Source: Psammoneis japonica (taxonomy: Eukaryota). From it: DNA of 64,000 nucleotides. Position 1 is the stretch's first letter; each line of letters begins with the position of its first letter. A model generated the notes under the pieces. It saw only the letters and a list, made by a program, of their open reading frames with translations, searched no databases and was not told the DNA's origin. Shown piece after piece: positions 59,511 through 64,000 of the stretch. A program made the position numbers and the translations under genes. The stretch is from positions 248,001 to 312,000 of the forward strand of contig QPGO01000078.1 of the NCBI GenBank assembly GCA_008632985.1, given 5' to 3'.

Positions 59511-61949
59511 GCGAACGGAATCGGCGGCTTGGTCCGCTCCTTCATGGTCGTTTTAAGATTTGTCGGTCCTGCCAACATTTTGTAGTTTCGTTTCTGTGGA
59601 TTTCGTTGCCTCGCACAATGTGCGGGAGCAATGTTGCTGTGCCCTGTGCATGTGCCAGGCGCTGAAAAAGAAGATGCGTTGCGACTTTGTCGTTGTGAAA
59701 ATCATGAGCTGGTTTGGAGCAGAGAAAATGGGATCATGCGAATGGGGAATCTTGCCAAATCCCCATTCGTTCGCATTTGGATCGCATCAAATCGATCGTG
59801 CACTCGCATTGTGGATCGTGCGAATCAAGCCATCACGCGCCATGCACGAGTGATGTCATCGTGTGGAATCATGATGCCATCGTGGGCCAGACGACGGGCC
59901 AGTGTGCTTCACACGGATGCTCTCTTGGCATCCTTCTGGAATTGCCCAAGACCTGGAGCCACGCCCTCCTGTGGTCGTGCTTCCCAGGTGCGTGTCAACA
60001 ATGCTGCGTTGCCACGTGCAAGAGGCTCATGCACGGTCTCGCCGTGTTGTCCAGCAGCGAGGCATGCTGCACATCATCCATGACTGACAATGCCTCCTGC
60101 CACATCAAGGACTGTGGTTTGTTCTTCAAGATTCTTCACATTCCTGATGAGGAGGCTGCTCACAAAATTCAAGCTCAATTCATGCCATCAGGCAGCTGGC
60201 ATGAGCATGCCACAAGAGTTTGGGCAAGGTGGTGAGTGCACACAGTGACAAAGCTTTGTTGCTTGCTTTTGCAACCGCTCTTTTAGTTCTTTTAACTTGG
60301 CACTAGAATCTTTTTTCCAACTGCAGTGCTGCCCAACATTCGCCGGCTTGCCAGTCTCAAGGCATTGTGGCTGGCTTGATTTAGATTGAAATGTGATCGA
60401 TCCTTTTCAATTCTGCAATGTCATCAACAGCTCCAGTGAGTTCCAGTTCATTCTTGTGGCACTGGTGCATCTTGCGCGTCCAGAGGAAGACATCACAGTG
60501 TGGCATTGGATTCTCTGCTTTGTGTGTCGCTGCGCAATGAGCGGGCGATCTCAAAATCACACTGCAGACTGGACCGTGAACATGAAGAACAAAGAGGGCA
60601 GGGTGGGCCTCTGCACTGGGTGCCACTGAAATGGGTCACGATGAAGTTGTCACTTGTCTTTTGGATCAGGGTGCTCGTGTGGACATCAAGAGTGCATTTG
60701 GCAGCACATCACAACTGGAGCTGGTGGAAAACTGAATGATCACTGACTCATCTGACAGATCACATTGCTTTGTCTGAGATGCCAGGATTGGCTTGAACTT
60801 GCTTCCTGATTCTCCATCCAAGATCTTCACACTGAGTGCATGTCAGGATCCCCCTCATCAGTGCTTTTTGCTGTTTCGGACCAAGCATTTTGATGGGTTG
60901 CGAAATGGGTGGATGTGGAGCGGACTTGCAGCCCAGTTTGTGGCCTCCCACATCGGTTTCATGCAAGCTCCAAATGGCCCCGTCCAATGCAAGCAGCCCC
61001 ACTTGAACATTTAATGCATTTGACCATGCGCGAGTCAACTCTGCCTTGTGCAACCCCAAAGTTGGCTCATCCCGCGTGTCGTGATCTGGTGAAAACAGGA
61101 CACGTGCCATTGCATGCACCTTGAATCACATGCAATGAAGCGCATGTCACCAATTCCCTCACAGTCATGATGAGGAACATGATGACACTCTGCAGACACA
61201 CCTCGACCCAGAACAAGTCTGGGCACTTTTGGCCCCATGCAGAGCAAACACATCCAAAGCAGCCACGCGCACTTGATTGTTACAAGACGCACGCCATGAC
61301 GATTCACAACATCCTTTCCAAGCTGATCCAATTCATCCACGTGTTCCAAATGCAAGTGGGTGGTGCAGAGAGAATGAACATCTGAAGATGCGGCAGCTGC
61401 TTGAGATTTGGCTTGGATTCCAGCGCACTGCGCTTCATCCCATTGAGCCTGAGAGTGGCATCTCCTCTGGCACCACCACGAGAAGGACAAGGCGCTAACC
61501 TCGAGGTGATTTGGGGAGTGGTGCGGTGCTTTGGTCTTCTCGCATGCAGCATGATGAAAGCAAGCGCTCGCTGTGAACGTCATGGTCTCGCATCGGAGGG
61601 AAAAAATGAAGGTGTTCGGAGTGTGTTGTCAATCGGCATTTTGGTGCAAATTCTACGTAGTTCTACATGATTTGCTGCGCGAACGGTGATTGTTGCTTCG
61701 GGCCACTCCCAGCTTGGGAGGCTTCGGGCAACGAGATTTGACCTTCGCGCACGTGTGTCGTGCAATTGTTTTGCAATTCGCAGAGCACACTGCAATGGAG
61801 GGAGAGAGAGAAACGGACAAAGGAAGAACGAGACGAAGAAAACATGAAAAAGGAAAAAACTGTGGCAATTGGTGTGACGATGGCATCCCATGATGGATGC
61901 AGCAGCTCTTTGCTGCACCTCCCGAAGTGGCCTCCCGACCCTCCGCCAT

Positions 61950-64000
61950 GGCCATCTTTCTTTTTGCGGATCCTTTTCCCTGCTGTTCTTGCCTTTGCCA
62001 TCGTCCCCTTTCTCCATTCCCTTCCGGTCACTCTCTTCGCTCCTTTCGCCTGCACATTTCTACGCCCCTTCCACTGGTCCCCAGTTTCCACGATTGCCAA
62101 CTGCCCTTCCAACTGCTCACTCCATTGCCCTTTCATTCTTCCTCACTCCCTTTCTTCATCCCAACAACTGCCCTCTGCCATTTCCCTTTCTGCTCTTCCT
62201 TGTGCCCTCTCTCCTTCTCTGCCTCGTTCGATCCTTTTCCCTGTGGCCCCTCTTTGCCCCCTGACCCCTTCCCCACTTCCTCCTCTGGCAACCCCTTCAA
62301 TTGCCCCCCTTCCTCCCATGACTCCCTTCACGCTTTTAGTTGTGACTCCTCTCCTGTCATTCCACATGCCTTTCTACGCCCCTCCAAACACGATTGCTTC
62401 CGCACTCCTCTGCAGCTTCCCCCACCCTTCAGCCCTCTCTGCTGCCCCTTTCTCTTCCATGACTCCCTTTGCGCTTCTGCTTGTGCCTTCCCCCCCATGT
62501 TTCTGTGCGCCTTCTACGATCATTCGTGTGCGATTGCCCACGTCATGCCTTCACCTTCCCTCCTCCTACCTTTCTACGCGTTCTGTGACCTTGTCGCTGT
62601 TTTTGGCGATCCGCACACAACAACGACTCTCTGCAACTTTCTCTTTTCGTTTGACCATGTCTGCTCTCGCCTCCACTCCTCCTGCTGACGTCAAGCTTTT
62701 AGCTCAGGTCCTTCATCCCACTGACCTGCCTGATGTGCCTGCTGTTGCTCTTACGTCTGATGTCATTCGCGACATCGTTCTCAAGACGCCAGAGCATCGT
62801 GGCCGGCGTGTCTCTCCGCTCCTCCTCACTCTTGGCTCTGTGACGCTTGCTGAAACCAAGAAACGCTCCTGCCCCCACCAGAATCAGTGGGCGTCTTACT
62901 TTCACGTTGCTCTTCACCCGGTGACGCCCGATGGCACCACCTTTACCTTCGAATCCTTCCGCAGCCAAGCGCTCTCTTTTCTCCTTCAGAAATGGCATCT
63001 GCACCCTGCGTCGCACTTCACCCCCTTCCGCTCCGCTGGCTCCCCTTCCAATTTTCTCCACCCTGACTTCTCTCCGGTTTCGGCTGTGGACAATCCTTGG
63101 GCTGACACTGCACCTTTATGATCCCGGCCTGCAACTCTTTCGATGAAAAGGCTCATGGCATCCTTGCTGCCCCCTCCCCAACCCTCTGCGGTTCTTCTCG
63201 ACGTGCTTCTGAGTTTCTCCCATCCCGCCTTTGTTCCTTCCTTGTTGGCAAGATTTCCAGCACTGCGACCAATCCCATTCTTCAATCCTTCTGAGACTGT
63301 CCCACCTTTCTTAATCTCATTGGAATTCGTCCTTCGCAACACCCTGCTAACTCGGCCCAAGCGCGACGCCGTTCTCTTCCGGTTTTTTACATTTCTGCTG
63401 CCTCCGATGCCGTCTGGAACACCCCACTTCATGTCACCAATCCATCCAATGCGCCACCTGCCTCCTTCTCCATCCTGGGGACATCCACTGCCATCATTCC
63501 CTTCCCAGCCCCGGCCAACTTTGCTTCTACCTACAACGCCCTCTCCGAGCTCATTTCGCATCAGAGCAACATGAAAGTGGTTGTCTCTGACCGTCTTCTC
63601 CTTCCTCTCACCCAACCTGGCATCAGTCGTCTCCTTGCTGCAACCAATCTTCGCTCCCTTGTCCCCATCTTCTCTGCTCATGACTCCCTCCCAATCAAGT
63701 GCAAGCTGCTCTTTTTCCCGTCTCCATGCACAATTGCTCTTGTGGATGCCAACCTGCACAACTGTCCCGGCTTTCCCTTGGATCTCCTTGCCTCTGCGGC
63801 GGAATCTACCCATGACGACAGCATGGCTTCCCCATCCTACGCCTCTGCTGCTCTTCAGCCGCCTGCCCCCTCTCGAGATTCTTTCTTGTGTCGTGCCCTT
63901 GAGCTGCTTGCTCAAGACTGGCATCTCCCCAAACCCCAAGATCCGCTCCCTGCTGCTGCATCTCCCTCCTCTCATCCTCCCCAAGCCCGCTCCCTCACCA
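61950..64000 (+). other. Pyrimidine-rich, TpA-poor segment with an unclassified ORF start (62657), probably another element running out of the window
   Basis: Strong C/T skew on the + strand; MSALASTPPADVK... ORF with no recognisable motif. Confidence 0.3.

Larger units (their letters stand above)
49695..60073 (-). mobile_element. Ty3/Gypsy LTR retrotransposon, full length but hypermutated
   Basis: 434-bp LTRs: 59640-60073, and a split copy 49695-50005 + 55123-55245; 5-bp TSD TCATC; PPT (ctccccc on +, 55246-55252); gag-PR-RT-RH-INT order. Confidence 0.92.
48887..61785. mobile_element. Unclassified TIR DNA transposon related to the 3868 MITE, interrupted by nested Gypsy elements
   Basis: 48887-48995 (tgctgcgaattgccaaacaattgcg...aatcatgtagaa) and 61651-61785 are inverted homologues that match the MITE TIR; the internal remnants 49000-49690 and 60079-61650 are degenerate. 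Confidence 0.65.

Noticed and set aside
49695..60073. ADAR-type RNA editing, RT error or a DGR-like A->N mechanism
   Set aside because: Changes are transitions on both strands, differ between the two LTRs of one insertion and also affect DNA transposons; there is no TR/VR pair.

Overview
Eukaryotic genomic DNA, most likely a pennate diatom. Evidence: short GT-AG introns, a hemF with a signal + FAAP bipartite plastid presequence, and diatom-type Copia/Gypsy/RNase H-LINE elements. Gene islands hold a catalase-like/fasciclin surface protein, cysteine synthase, eIF3j, a RING-IBR protein, a C2H2/PHD protein, hemF and a Cys-rich repeat protein. They alternate with large transposon blocks (~4.3-14.0 kb, 27.5-43.7 kb, 46.7-64 kb). 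The dominant unexplained signal is repeat-restricted, two-stranded A:T->G:C hypermutation at TpA (TA->TG or TA->CA). It has almost erased TpA from the transposons, turned conserved Tyr codons into His/Cys (RT YLDD->HSDD) and acted independently on paired LTRs after insertion. It spares TAGA/TCTA contexts, leaves sharp-edged unmutated patches and stops at gene borders. This looks like a RIP-like genome-defence system running opposite to fungal RIP. A Plavaka-like DNA transposon also carries a PhyH-type 2OG-Fe(II) dioxygenase and a DOT1-like methyltransferase. All counts are manual and approximate, family calls rest on motif recognition without database searches, and several single-base frameshifts in host genes suggest assembly indel errors.
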